A stretch of 59,698 nt of DNA, filler included, from Squatina squatina (taxonomy: Eukaryota), in NCBI GenBank assembly GCA_031763465.1. It is 3 parts of 3 records of this genome, joined end to end, with 100 filler letters (N's around TTAATTAATTAA, not from the genome) between each part and the next. Parts side by side here need not be neighbours in the genome. Positions count along the whole stretch, not along the records: positions 1 to 29,664 come from JARFOE010000192.1; 2 more parts are not named here. The stretch is one strand, 5' to 3'. Shown here piece by piece: positions 1 through 11,617 of this stretch. Every line of letters starts with the position of its first letter. Position 1 is the stretch's first letter. The position numbers and the translations under genes are program-made. The notes beneath the pieces are model-generated. The model did not search any database. It had not been told where the DNA came from and was given only the letters and a program-made list of their open reading frames with translations.

Positions 1-359
1 GCTCTGCAGTGGATGACGCCACAATGCTTTCCGCAAGTAGCAGCACCTGGATTGGCTGATTTTCACCTTCATTGAGGGTCAGAGGTCAAGGTCAGTCTCC
101 GGCCTCCGCTCAGCGCTGAATATTTCTCGTGTGTGCAACCCGTGTCCCTTGACGATGGATTCTAACCCGGGGCTCTGCACGGCCGGAGATTCTCAGAGCT
201 TGGGAACTGGAAACAAAACCGGGAGGCACAAAAATGGCGCCCAAAGGTTGTTCTCGCTGGGAGTGGAGTGATAAGAGATTGGGACAGGGACATAGTTTAA
301 ACCGCAATTCCACCCTTTGCCAAATTCCCTTCCAAACCTTTCAGAAGGGCCGCCTCATT

Positions 360-956
360 CATAGAATTATAGAAAATGACAGCAGAGAATGAGGCCATTC
401 GGCCCATCATGTCTGTGCCGGCCGACAAAGAACTATCCAGCCTAATGCCACTTTCCAGCTCTTGGTCCGTAGCCTTGTAGTTTACAGCTCTTCCATTGTA
501 TATCCAAGTGCTTTTTAAATGCTGGGAGAGTGAGTTTCTGCCTGCACCAGCCTTTCAGGCAGTCGGTTACAGGCGCCCATCACCCTTTGGGTGAAAGGTT
601 TTTGCCTCAAATCTCCTATAAAGTTCCTACCACCAACTTTAAATTTATGCTCCCTGTTTATTGACTCAGGTGTTAAGGGGAATAGGTCCTTCCGATCCAC
701 TCCATCTCTATCCCTCATTATTTTACACTACTCAATTCGGTCTCCCCTCAATCTCCACTGTTCCACAGAAAACAACTCAGCCTATCCAATCTTCCCTCAT
801 CGCTAAAATTCTCCAGCCCAGGCAATCTCCTGATAAACCTCCTCTGTACCTTCTCCAGTGCAATCACATCCTTCCTTTAATGTGGTGACCAGAACTCGAC
901 GTAGCACTGTAGCGGTGGCATAACGAGTGTTTTATATGGTTGAAGTATAACCTTCC
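360..956 (-). mobile_element. CR1-type LINE 3' fragment (RT C-terminus plus 3' UTR)
   Basis: Minus-strand peptide REHKFKVGGRNFIGDLRQKPFTQRVMGACNRLPERLVQAE resembles the CR1 ORF2 C-terminus (RGH.LK...F..D.RK.FFTQRV...WN.LP). The 3' UTR motif GGGCCGAATGGCC lies at ~391-404. Confidence 0.85.
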
Positions 957-1266
957 NNNNNNNNNNNNNNNNNNNNNNNNNNNNNNNNNNNNNNNNNNNN
1001 NNNNNNNNNNNNNNNNNNNNNNNNNNNNNNNNNNNNNNNNNNNNNNNNNNNNNNNNCCTCCTGTCTCATTACCATGATAGCCCTTAGCCTGTGCCTACTG
1101 TAATACTGGCACTCTCTCCACTTCTTGGGGGAAGCCCTTGAAGTCTTGGAGAAATGCAAAGGGGAAGGGAATAAGAATCGTCTGGATGCAAAGCCTAGGG
1201 AAATTGTCCCTAGTATTTCAAGAACATTAATATATTCACAGAAGTGAATTGTGTACACGTACTTAC

Positions 1267-1364
1267 TTTGGCAACACCAGAATCTGAACGATGAAGATAC
1301 AGAAAAATATGAGGCAAGCACAGGTAACATAGTACTTGAAGGCTGGAAGTGTAGTTGCTCGGTA
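1267..1364 (-). CDS. ADCY2: adenylate cyclase 2, internal exon (98 nt; about human exon 14), YRATTLPAFKYYVTCACLIFFCIFIVQILVLP(K)
   Basis: Read by hand; the frame is not in the ORF track. Acceptor ...CTCCTATAG, donor GTAAGT. Near-identical to recalled ADCY2 YRATALPAFKYYVTCACLIFFCIFIVQILVLPK. Confidence 0.93.
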
Positions 1365-1893
1365 CTATAGGAGTTAATACAAAAATATTAATTAAATGTT
1401 AAAAAAAAGCTACACATTATTGTAAACTGATATGTTTCTAAGTACAGACAGTAAAACAATAGTTCCAAAATTCATGAGGAGGCCTTAGAAGGTGAATCTG
1501 GAGTAAGTATAAAACGATTTGTAAAACATTCCCAAGTAGTCATAGTTGGTCCACTTTGGAACATTTTAAATGCTGGCAAAGAGTTCTGTCAGTTTTTTGT
1601 TAACATTAAATAAATTGGCATGCAAATGCCAATGAGAGAACCTTCTCAACTATATTTAAGTATGTATGCATATAATATCATATTGCCACAGAACAATGCA
1701 TATTTGGCAGTATAATTTAGCATTGCAAATTCCATGGTACCATTCAGGTATGTACTTTACATGGTAATCTGTAATATAATAGTGCCATTAAAGNNNNNNN
1801 NNNNNNNNNNNNNNNNNNNNNNNNNNNNNNNNNNNNNNNNNNNNNNNNNNNNNNNNNNNNNNNNNNNNNNNNNNNNNNNNNNNNNNNNNNNNN

Positions 1894-2285
1894 GAGTATA
1901 TGTCTCAAGGGCCTCCTGTGGATACAGGTTATCCCTCCTTCTCTCCATGCCTTGCATCAAGTCCTCCAGCACATTGTTAGGAAACCTTGGTGCATGCCGT
2001 CTCGCATGTTCAGTCATTCTTCAATATATTACAGCCCAGATTCAGTTCACAAAGGTCTCCCACCACTTCTTGCAGCCACAATGCATCTTCTCTTTAAGAG
2101 GTGCAGGCTGCCTTTAAGTAGCACTAACCACCTGCATGCAGCCAATGAACAGCGCGGGTAGCGCTGGCTGCATGTAGCAATCATTTAAAACAGCAGGCAG
2201 CACAAATTTAATGTGCTCCCTGCAACGCAATGAATGGATACCGGTTAATAGCCCATTTTTGGGGGTTATCCAATTTAACCCCCAA
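1894..2285 (-). mobile_element. Harbinger/PIF-type element fragment with start of the Myb/SANT-like accessory ORF
   Basis: MTEHARRHAPRFPNNVLEDLMQGMERRRDNLYP resembles the R.PRF....LE.L...VE.RR..L.P N-terminus of Harbinger Myb/SANT proteins. Truncated by an N gap. Confidence 0.6.
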
Positions 2286-2330
2286 TATTTTTCACTATAA
2301 CATCAATATTTGAATAAAAGTGACACTTAC

Positions 2331-2400
2331 CTCTTTCTCTAATTCTTGATTATGAAAGAAAAGGGAAATTCTTTGAATGTCATCAGATTTTATCCATTGT
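2331..2400 (-). CDS. ADCY2: adenylate cyclase 2, internal exon (70 nt; about exon 13), QWIKSDDIQRISLFFHNQELEKE
   Basis: Acceptor TGTTTTACAG, donor GTAAGT. Matches recalled ADCY2 QWLKSEDIQRISLLFYNKVLEKE. Phase-0 end joins the 1364 exon in frame. Confidence 0.92.
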
Positions 2401-2870
2401 CTGTAAAACAAACACATTTTCTATACACTGTTCTGTTAATTCTTAAATAAATGCTACTGATTTTTTTTAAAGAGTAAACATTATGATCTGGGATTTATTC
2501 CAGATAAATGCATAATCTGATCCAAACCGATAACAGTAATGTAATAAACTGGCAATGTCCAACCCCAGGCTACTTATTAACATTATCTGGTGCATGGAGA
2601 TCTAACTTTTAACACATCCTTCTCAGTGGGCCACTGGTAAGTACAATGGACACTGTTAATGAAAAGCGTTCCCTCCTGAAAATCCACTGACAGAAACAAC
2701 CGATTTACTGGTAGATTTTAAGAGTTAAACAAAAAACCAGTATCAACATTGCTGCTTANNNNNNNNNNNNNNNNNNNNNNNNNNNNNNNNNNNNNNNNNN
2801 NNNNNNNNNNNNNNNNNNNNNNNNNNNNNNNNNNNNNNNNNNNNNNNNNNNNNNNNNNATTGACACTAAC

Positions 2871-2914
2871 CTTTCTGTGTGTCGATGGAAATGGTACTGA
2901 ACCATAGGTACATC
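2871..2914 (-). CDS. ADCY2: adenylate cyclase 2, small exon (44 nt; about exon 11), DVPMVQYHFHRHTE(R)
   Basis: Acceptor CACTTTTGCAG, donor GTTAGT, 44 nt. Aligns to recalled ADCY2 DVPMGQHNFQNRTLR and is in the correct order relative to the other exons. Confidence 0.8.
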
Positions 2915-4191
2915 CTGCAAAAGTGGAATATTATTTGATCATTGTTATCTGGGAAAAAACCAAAACAGTAAGAAAACACACCATTTCATGGTGTTGTCAC
3001 ACATATGACTAAATGTTCTTGTTTCACTGTTTCTTTTAACACTCTCAGCTCTATGGGACTGAAATTTGGGGTGGAACACAGATCTGTTGTTTTATCACTC
3101 CATTTAACCAATGTCCCAATTCCATTGGGGATGGGGCGGGTGAGCCATCTGACTGACCCTATGGCTTGGGGGCGTATCTGTGGAAGTTCAGGGCTACCTG
3201 AGAAGTTCATCAATTACAACCCCATTAGGTTCAACAGAACTCTCTTCTGCTGAGAGCTGGCATGACTTCCACTTTGGGATTAGCAAAGGCTTCAAGACTA
3301 TACTGAAGAAAGGTCTTCTGAGGGGATCGATTACCTCTCCACTTGTACTCTTAAGAACATTTTTTTAAAAATCAAGCATTTTCTCTTTGGCCTTTCATGG
3401 GCCTCACATCTACCACTGGTCCTGCATGGCTCCTCTCCAAATTTTCTGACAGCGTCTGTACAAGCATGGGCTATCTGCCTCTAGTATTTAAACAATTCCA
3501 TCCTCATAATTTGGGACAGGACCTACAGAGATGGATGATAGTGGTAGGGAGCCCTGCTCCAATGCACTACTCAGTCTTGCATGGATAGTTTTATTTAGCA
3601 GCGATTATTGTCTGGAGCCACATATCCATAAACTTGTTTTTGGTCCTGAATTCACTCAGAAACACTATTATTTTGTCCATTCATCTTTTTATTTTTAAAT
3701 TTAGACTACGCTCTTCCCCCCCCCGTCCATCCTGCACCCAATGCAGTACATTAATTCCTAAGTGAGAGGTAGGCAGACAACATGCTATGAAGCTGATAAT
3801 TATCCATCCATCCCTGCAGTGCTTTAAACAAAATCAGAAACTTCTTGTGAGGGATTCATAAGTGAAAACTCAGATCTCATCAATTCACAGCATAGCACAA
3901 ATAGAAGCCTCCTGCTGTTACTGAAATGAAGTGAGCGCACTAGTCAGCTCATGCATTTATAGTTTTCTGTTACTCAGTACGTTCAAACTCATTTCATATT
4001 ATTTTATTTGTAGTTCTCCAGATGAGAAACAGAATCTATTAATGAAGTTTGTTGGAAATGTGTGGTTATCATGTGATACACAGTGCAATGTAGAGTGGCA
4101 CAAAAGACAAATGGACGTATACAGATCTTTGTACTTAAGTGCCATCCTGCACTTTTATAAACATTCATTTCATTAATTAGGGCCCCCCCTT

Positions 4192-5005
4192 CATTTCCCC
4201 CTTTGATACCTCATGTATCCTTAAGAGGTATCATCCAACAGTCTTTCATCAGATGTCTTTGGACGAGGAGGTGACAGTGAGTATTTATCACAATTTGGTT
4301 TCCTGGGAGGCACCTGAGGCAACAAAACAGCCGGTTTCCCACCTATCCCACCACCTGTAAAAAGGTCAGTCCCTTCCAGAAAACACACCTGCATACGACC
4401 CTCTAATTCGCTACTCGACAAATCACTACTATCCTCCCCGCCCCTCCATCACCCCGGTTTGTACATTAGTCGTCAGCTCTCTTCCATTTGCTGCTTCATC
4501 ACTTTAGCAATTCGCTTAGCACGCTTATGCCGATGTCAGTTACATAAATCAAGTAACAAATACAAAACAATAATCAATTGTACCTTAATCAGAACATGAG
4601 AAATGAAGTGGATCCAAGGATGGATCTGTATGGAAAATCCAAAATGATTCCCACCAACTCTGGTCAGGGATTGCCTGTGCCTTTTTCAGAATCAACCTGT
4701 TTTCCAATTTATAGAACACCATCTAGGTTGTTCTATTTCCTTGTGTAATTCCCTCAGATGTTCAGGGAGTGGGGACTGTCATACCCAACCTTTCTACATA
4801 CTGTCGCAATTGACTCCGGAGTTCGTCTGTTACCTTCATCTCTGTTATATTATGATGATAAATATTAACCAGTTCACGCTGTCCCAACCTGACTGACCTT
4901 TCTGGGGTAAAACAGAATGTCATTTGATTGCTGGGACACGAAAGGTTTTGGCCGTACCCAACTCCTTCTCCCGAGTAGTAACGCAATACTCTCTTTTGCC
5001 AACAT
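4192..5005 (-). mobile_element. degraded retroviral/LTR-element env-like 3' region with polypurine tract and probable start of 3' LTR
   Basis: Across frameshifts the minus strand reads ...ELRSQLRQYVERLG../PLPEHLRELHKEIEQ/..KKAQAIPDQSWWESFW/..IHPWIHFISHVLIKVQLIIVLYLLL (heptad-like, Trp-rich, then hydrophobic TM). It is followed by AAAGGGGGAAA (4194-4204) and then TG. Confidence 0.6.
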
Positions 5006-5136
5006 NNNNNNNNNNNNNNNNNNNNNNNNNNNNNNNNNNNNNNNNNNNNNNNNNNNNNNNNNNNNNNNNNNNNNNNNNNNNNNNNNNNNNNNNNNNNNNN
5101 NNNNNGGTGTCCGAAGTAGAGAGCAGACGCTGACTG

Positions 5137-5283
5137 CTAGAATTTCTGCTGAAATCTCCCAATCTCCCACCATAATTTTTGCAGAAAATCGGCAGAAAGT
5201 AAACAGTGATTTCTCTGGGATTTCCACCGATCTTCCACCAGGGTTGTGGCAGGATATTGGAAGAACCTTTGCAGAAATTCCAG
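5137..5283. mobile_element. short fold-back (MITE-like) element
   Basis: Left arm CTAGAATTTCTGC...CCCAATCTCCCACCATAA. Reverse complement of right arm is CTGGAATTTCTGC...TTCCAATATCCTGCCACAA. Confidence 0.6.
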
Positions 5284-5309
5284 GAGTGGGTGTTGCCCAA
5301 CAGTAACAT

Positions 5310-6494
5310 CCTTAAGAAAAAAGATCACATATATGATACCCATGACATCGGAAGATGAGATCAGAAATGATATAACTGCACTCAAAGTAAAAAGAAGAGA
5401 AATATTAAATAAACTAATTAAACTCAAAGAGGATGAAACCCCTGGTCTGGACAGATTGCATCAGCACATTTTTAAAACAATCTAGGAACGAGATAGCAGT
5501 GGCACTATTACTCATATTTAATAATTCATTAGAAAATAGTGTAGTGCCAGAGGGCTGGCAGATAGCTAACATGATAACTATACTTGAAAAGGGAGAATGA
5601 ACATGTCCAGGGAAATATAGACCAGTCAGCTAAACATCGAATTAGGAAAGATAATGGAATTCCTACTAAAGGAGGAAAGAGAAAAACAGCAAAGAAACCA
5701 AAAATATAATAAAGAATAGATAGTATGGATTTCAAAAGGGAAAGTCTNNNNNNNNNNNNNNNNNNNNNNNNNNNNNNNNNNNNNNNNNNNNNNNNNNNNN
5801 NNNNNNNNNNNNNNNNNNNNNNNNNNNNNNNNNNNNNNNNNNNNNNNNNNNNNNNNNNNNNNNNNNNNNNNNNNNNNNNNNNNNNNNNNNNNNNNNNNNN
5901 NNNNNNNNNNNNNNNNCTGGCTTCAAGATAGAATGCAGAGAGTAGAGGTAAAGGGTAGCTATTCAGAGTGGCAGAAGGTAGAAAGTGGGGACCCATAAGG
6001 ATCAGTGCTGGGACCACTGTTGCTCACAATTTACATTAACAATTTAGACTTTGGAATCAAAAGCACATTGACGACATCAAATTGAGGGGGGGGGTGTGGG
6101 GGTATGGGGGTAGTCAATACTGAGGGGACTATAACAAATTACAAGACAACATCAATAAACCTGCAGAATGGGCATCTAATTGGCAAATGAATTCAACACA
6201 GATAAGTGTGAGGTATTAAATTTTGGTAAGAAAAAGGTCACATACTACTTGGAAAAGAAGAATCTAAATGGGGCAGAAGAGCAAAATCTCTGTGTACAAA
6301 TACACAAATCACTAAAAGTAGCGACACGGGTTAATGAGGCCATTAAAAAAAAAAGAAAACCAAGCGCTCGGGTTTATTTCTAGAGGGATAAATTTGAAAA
6401 GTAAGAGAAGTTGTGCTGAATTTGTACTGAACCTTGGTGAGACCACACTTGGTGCACTGCGTACAGTTCTGGTCGCAATATTATAAAAAGCATA
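5310..6494 (+). mobile_element. CR1-type LINE ORF2 (RT) fragment, degenerate
   Basis: Contains REILNKLIKLKEDETPGLDRLH, GGAAATATAGACCAGTCAG (GNYRPVS-like), a GSVLGP-like segment, EFNTDKCEVLNFG and VRPHLVHCVQFW, with stops and frameshifts. Confidence 0.88.
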
Positions 6495-6594
6495 NNNNNN
6501 NNNNNNNNNNNNNNNNNNNNNNNNNNNNNNNNNNNNNNNNNNNNNNNNNNNNNNNNNNNNNNNNNNNNNNNNNNNNNNNNNNNNNNNNNNNNNN

Positions 6595-6835
6595 AAAGTG
6601 TGGTCTAACCAAGGTTCGATACAGGTTTAGGAGAACTTCTTCACTTTGCAATTCTATCCCTCAAGAAATAAACCCTAGTGCTTGGTTTGCGTTTTTTATG
6701 GCCTTATTCACCCATGTCACAACTTCTAGTGATTTGTGTATTTGTACTACTCTTTGTTCCTGTACCCCATTAAGATTCTTATTTTCCAAATAATATGTGA
6801 CCTCCTTATTTTTCTCACCAAAATTTAATACCTAA
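6595..6835 (-). mobile_element. CR1-type LINE fragment
   Basis: Reverse complement resembles the 6290-6440 CR1 segment (AAATCACTA.AAGT...AAGGCCAT...AAACCAAGC.CT.GGGTTTATTTC). Confidence 0.7.
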
Positions 6836-8520
6836 CAAAGATCTTCATTCGCCGAGAGCATATATCAGGAATTCAAGCATGGACGTCAGTAGGCTTCACA
6901 GGATTTCACCAGTTAGACATGCATAGCCTCTGCAGCAGTTGCTTGCCACTCTGCAACCCAGTCATGACAGTCACCTAACCTTGGACATGTAAATGTAAGT
7001 TCTCATACCTTCTTCTCCAACCTCATAATTTCCGTATCAGCTATAAGTCGGACATCAGCCATCAGCACGGTGAAAGGCCCTATGCAGAACAGCTTGCAAA
7101 ATTCCAGTTATAGATATGTATGTCTAGTGTTGCACGGAAAGCGTACTCATCATCATCACTTTAATCTAGTAATCTGCTCCAGTTTCTGCTCAAATAAAAC
7201 TATGCCATAGAAGGCAGTGCAAGTCTACAAAACATACAAGTTATGAGATGAATAATGTGCAGTTATACTGGAAGAAGTCTGAAAAAATCTGATGTTAAAC
7301 CATCATCTGTAAGTCAATAAGAGTGGAAGCTGAACTGGCATCAACAGTGCTATACTATAAATCTTGAACATCACTAAAAAAAACTGCAGTGGTGCACAAA
7401 CAGTTCAGTATATAGGTTTGTAACAGCAAGTTATTGGGGTATCTTTTAAAATGATGAAAGTCTATTCAGCAGCTGGGACTCTTGCATGTCACAGACACAG
7501 ACGCGGCACTCATCAAATATATGTTAACCAGCTAAATCAATTTCAATTGACCATCTGGCGCTTCCAGGGATTGTTAACATTGTTCTTATTTTAACAAATT
7601 TACAGCTCAAATTAACTCAGCTCAAGTTATTCATATGTAAACTGCTTAGAGACAGTTGTTATTAATTATCTGCATCACCAGAAAAGCTTTATGTCAGAAG
7701 CTCAGATGTCTACTAAAAATTACATTTGACTAAGAATACCATTTGACTCTTTCTCACACATTGGGATAATATATATTACACCAGGAGCATATCAGATACA
7801 ATTATGGAGCATTTATGGTGTTGAAAAGATGCTTAAAATGGCAAGGTTGAATTTTGACATTACACCTGCAACAAAATGCCAAATCTTTTTTTACCACTTA
7901 TTCGCATCATTTTGGCAGTGCCCCTTGTGAGTTACTAGGAAAGGTAATTAAGGCTAGGTCACTAAGTCTCGTTAAGTTACAGTTGGCTTATGTTCCATTA
8001 TAAATTTAGATATATCTCAAACAATACATCATGTGAAATCTATTAAGTTAAGTGTGGTTAAAATGTATTATAATTATTGCTCATCACTTATACTTTGACA
8101 ATCTTGATCTTGGAAGCAAAACATTTTATACAGAGACAGGGACGATCATGTATTTACTGCACATGCTTGGTGCTTTTCATTAGACCTTAAACTATCAATA
8201 GTCAAAGCACACACAAATATGAATTGCCTTATGTTTATGATAGATAAATTCAAGCTGACACAATACTGAAGCCATATTCAAAAAAGATTTGAGAAGAAAA
8301 ACTGCACTAGCTGTGTAAAATATGCAATGGGCAACATGGGTTTTTCAAGCAGATACATAGTACACAACTGAAAGAACAACAATTCACAACAACACAATCA
8401 GTATTTCACATACTGCTACCAAGTTCCACTTTTGTTTACTTCTTTAAAAATCAGCTTGTGAATGCATTCAGATTTCACTAGTTGCTCTGAACTCTTGCAA
8501 CTATTTTACTGAACACTCAC

Positions 8521-8682
8521 CTGCCAGACCAAATGCTCCTTAATGACAGATGTGGCTGATAGGCAGATGCTGAGCACTATTGTATGGGAGGATGATGTCA
8601 GCACGCTGGCAACTACAGCATCTCGCATACGAAAGGGCAGCATGGTGTAGACCACAAAGATAATGAATAAGAAGAAGGATAC
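8521..8682 (-). CDS. ADCY2: adenylate cyclase 2, coding exon 3 (162 nt), VSFFLFIIFVVYTMLPFRMRDAVVASVLTSSSHTIVLSICLSATSVIKEHLVWQ
   Basis: Acceptor TATTTCCAG, donor GTGAGT, phase 0/0. Near-identical to the recalled ADCY2 first transmembrane cluster. Confidence 0.95.
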
Positions 8683-8769
8683 CTGGAAATAAAAGAATAT
8701 GTTTTTTTGATACTGGTGAGAAAATGCAAACAAGCATCAGTCATTCCTGTCTCAGAGCTAAAAGATATC

Positions 8770-9270
8770 CTCTACTGTTCCAACGAAGCTCAACATAAGC
8801 TCGAGGAACAGCACTTCATCTTTCGATTGCACACTTCACAGCCTTTGGGACTCACCATCAAGTTCAACAATTTCTGGCCATAACCTCTGCCCTATTTTTT
8901 CAGATGGCAGCTGTTGATGATTCTGCCATTCCCATTTGCACCTCTTCTCGGCTAATCTTTTGTTCTTTTATCTGCCCCATTACCATCTCCTTTTGCTTTG
9001 TACAATCATACCTTTTGTCATTTATCATTCCTGCCTTCCACTCTATAACAGACCTTTCCTTTTGTTCTTTCCTTCCCTCCCCTTTTCCCTGCCCCTGCAC
9101 TTGCTTAAAATCTGTTACATCTCTAACTTTTTCCAGTTTTGACAAATGGTCATCAATCTGAAACGTTAACTCTATTTCTCTCTCCACACATGCTGCCTGA
9201 TCTGCTGAGTATTTCCAGCATTTTCTGTTTTTATTTCAGATTTTCAGTATCCACGGTATTTTGCTTTTAG
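8770..9270 (+). mobile_element. Penelope-like element 3' fragment (GIY-YIG end plus 3' tail)
   Basis: Encodes NEAQHKLEEQHFIFRL..SQPLGL...FNNF. Tail TTCTCTCTCCACA.ATGCTGCCTGA.CTGCTGAGTATTTCCAGCATTTTCTG also occurs at ~14770-14870 (-), ~24399-24455 (+) and ~40640-40710 (+). Confidence 0.7.
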
Positions 9271-9979
9271 CTTATAAAGATATCACTCACTACATCATCT
9301 AAAACAGTCAATTGGATTGAAAATGTGATTGGAGGTGGCCAAAATGCTGCAGTGCTTCAGTCTCTTCTCTGCTTGGCACACAATAGACATGTCTATGCAA
9401 TCATGAAGCAGTTTGTGTTCTACGAACCTGTACACAGATTGTGTATATAAAACAAGAAATATGCATAATAACCATATTTCAACNNNNNNNNNNNNNNNNN
9501 NNNNNNNNNNNNNNNNNNNNNNNNNNNNNNNNNNNNNNNNNNNNNNNNNNNNNNNNNNNNNNNNNNNNNNNNNNNNNNNNNNNACAACTGGAAATGTCTG
9601 GACCACTCTTCCCTGGGATTCACTCTCAGAAGGGGATGCAGCAGTTCACATTAAAGCTTTACGAAACATATGCAAGACCAAGAGTTCATATTTGCCTCTA
9701 AAAGCAATTCATTGCCTGAAGAGCTTCAGATGTTCTCAGAATGTGAAGGAAGCTATTTAAATACAAGTTCCATTCTTTTTTTTAATCAGTGGCAACAGAA
9801 AAATAAGATGCATGATCAAGTTAGCACATGAATGGTTGTTTAAAAGACACAACTGCACAATTACTTTTCTGGCCATGGACCTTCAATAATGCATCACTGT
9901 AACATCTGTAAATCTGGAGATTTTAATTATCAATTTACAAGTTTCCTGAACATTCCTTTTAGGTTAAAAAAAAAACCTA

Positions 9980-10450
9980 TAGGGGAGGTATTCGGGTCGT
10001 TTTCACCTCCCGTTAGCACCCCAGGGAGCAAACAACTTTTTGCCTGGGCACGGTGCCACTATTGACTCCAACTAAATTTCACGGGAGTGTATCAGCGGCT
10101 GTAACCAGTAGCGCCCCGTTCTGCTGTGCCGGCAATGATGACGTCGTCACCGTGCGCAGTGACCTGTTTTCATCCCGGAGTGAAAATCTAGGAGCGTACC
10201 CTGAAGCTGCGCAGGGCAATGCCAGCGACAGCTTCAGTGGGTGCGTACTAGGCTGTAGGCCGCTCACGGGGCTAAAGGGGAGGTGGCGCTCGGAAAAAAA
10301 AATCAGCCCGTTGCATGGAGGATCATGGGGTTCGTGCCGTGATCTGACAGTCCGCACTCCGCTTGAGTGCCGGGCTGATGCCACGGCACCCCACTCCCTG
10401 GTGGCCCAGGTATGGCCTCAGAGAGTCTGCAGCTTGGCCCTCCCCTTTAA
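9980..10450. mobile_element. GC-rich non-autonomous DNA-transposon-like insert (Harbinger-type MITE candidate)
   Basis: Abrupt CpG-rich block within an AT-rich intron, starting TAGGGGAGG, with a TGATGACGTC core. Similar in composition to blocks at 47619-48094 and 49380-49620. Confidence 0.4.
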
Positions 10451-11617
10451 TGAAGAGGATGAAATGATATAGTACAACTACACTTTTGCATCTGTTGTCT
10501 AAACTGTGCAGTCTGTCTCTATTTTGCAAGAACACATTTTCAGCGGGATAGTATCAATGTCACTTGGCACAGCAAACTTTCATGTATTATGATGTTCCTG
10601 CCCCCTCCGCTGGAGGCTAATACAAATCTGCAGTGTTGCCAGCAGTAAGAAACATTATTAGGTCAACACACATCAGGGCACAATTCTTTCTAGCATCATT
10701 AGAAATAAACAAAATTATGCCTAATAGTCGGAGCAAGATTCAACAAGGAATGAGGTACCTTAATTTTTTTCAGAGATTGTAGTAATGTTTTAGAACAAGC
10801 AATAATGAGGAGGAAATTCAGTTCACAAAGGTTTAGTTGTAATAAACTTCTAAACAGAATGTTTATTCTAAATGTCCTTGTGAAAGTGATAATTGGTTGA
10901 ACACATTAACATTTTTTTGCTCTTCAAGATTTTGATAATATTTTCAAGCATTCAGATTTTTCAAATTCTCACATTTCGGCATTTCTATGATTAACAAAGC
11001 TGAAGCTCTAAACAGCCTTAGGGTGTCAATGTGAGCAAGGAATATATAACCAGAGCAAAGGACATGGGCTAGGTGTTCTTTTACATAGTTCTCACAAGCA
11101 CTCCAAAGGTGCACAATGATGCTTTCAGTCAGTTTTATAAGTGAGTACTCCTTTATTAAAGTATAGATTTTTTTTTGTTTTATTTGCCATTGTGTGATAG
11201 CATTTTGTTTTTCCTTTCTACACAATACAACAGTTCTAAGAACTTGGAATTCTTTGTTTATGTGCTGGGATGTTATATGCACTCAAGCTGCTCTGCATGC
11301 ATTCTGACTGGCTTCAAATCAGGTAATGATTGTTAAGTGGCACCACAATTTGACAGTACATTTTACTCTAAGCTGTTTATAATTTTCACTGCTGAACATA
11401 TGTATGCAATGATCATCATTGACAATTATAGAAAAATAGTAACACTGACAAAAATGTGTGCAAATAGTGTAAAATATACAGTTTCAATGGAAAAAGAGAC
11501 ATATTTAATATATGAACACAATCATGCTGATTTTTTTTAAACTAAAAACTCAAGATAATGGAAATTGAATTATTTTACAAATAATTTCAGATCATGATGA
11601 AACAAAAAGGATCTTAC

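Noticed and set aside
932-1330. ORF-track peptide MLPVLASYF...
   Set aside because: Wrong frame; the real coding frame is the ADCY2 exon at 1267-1364.
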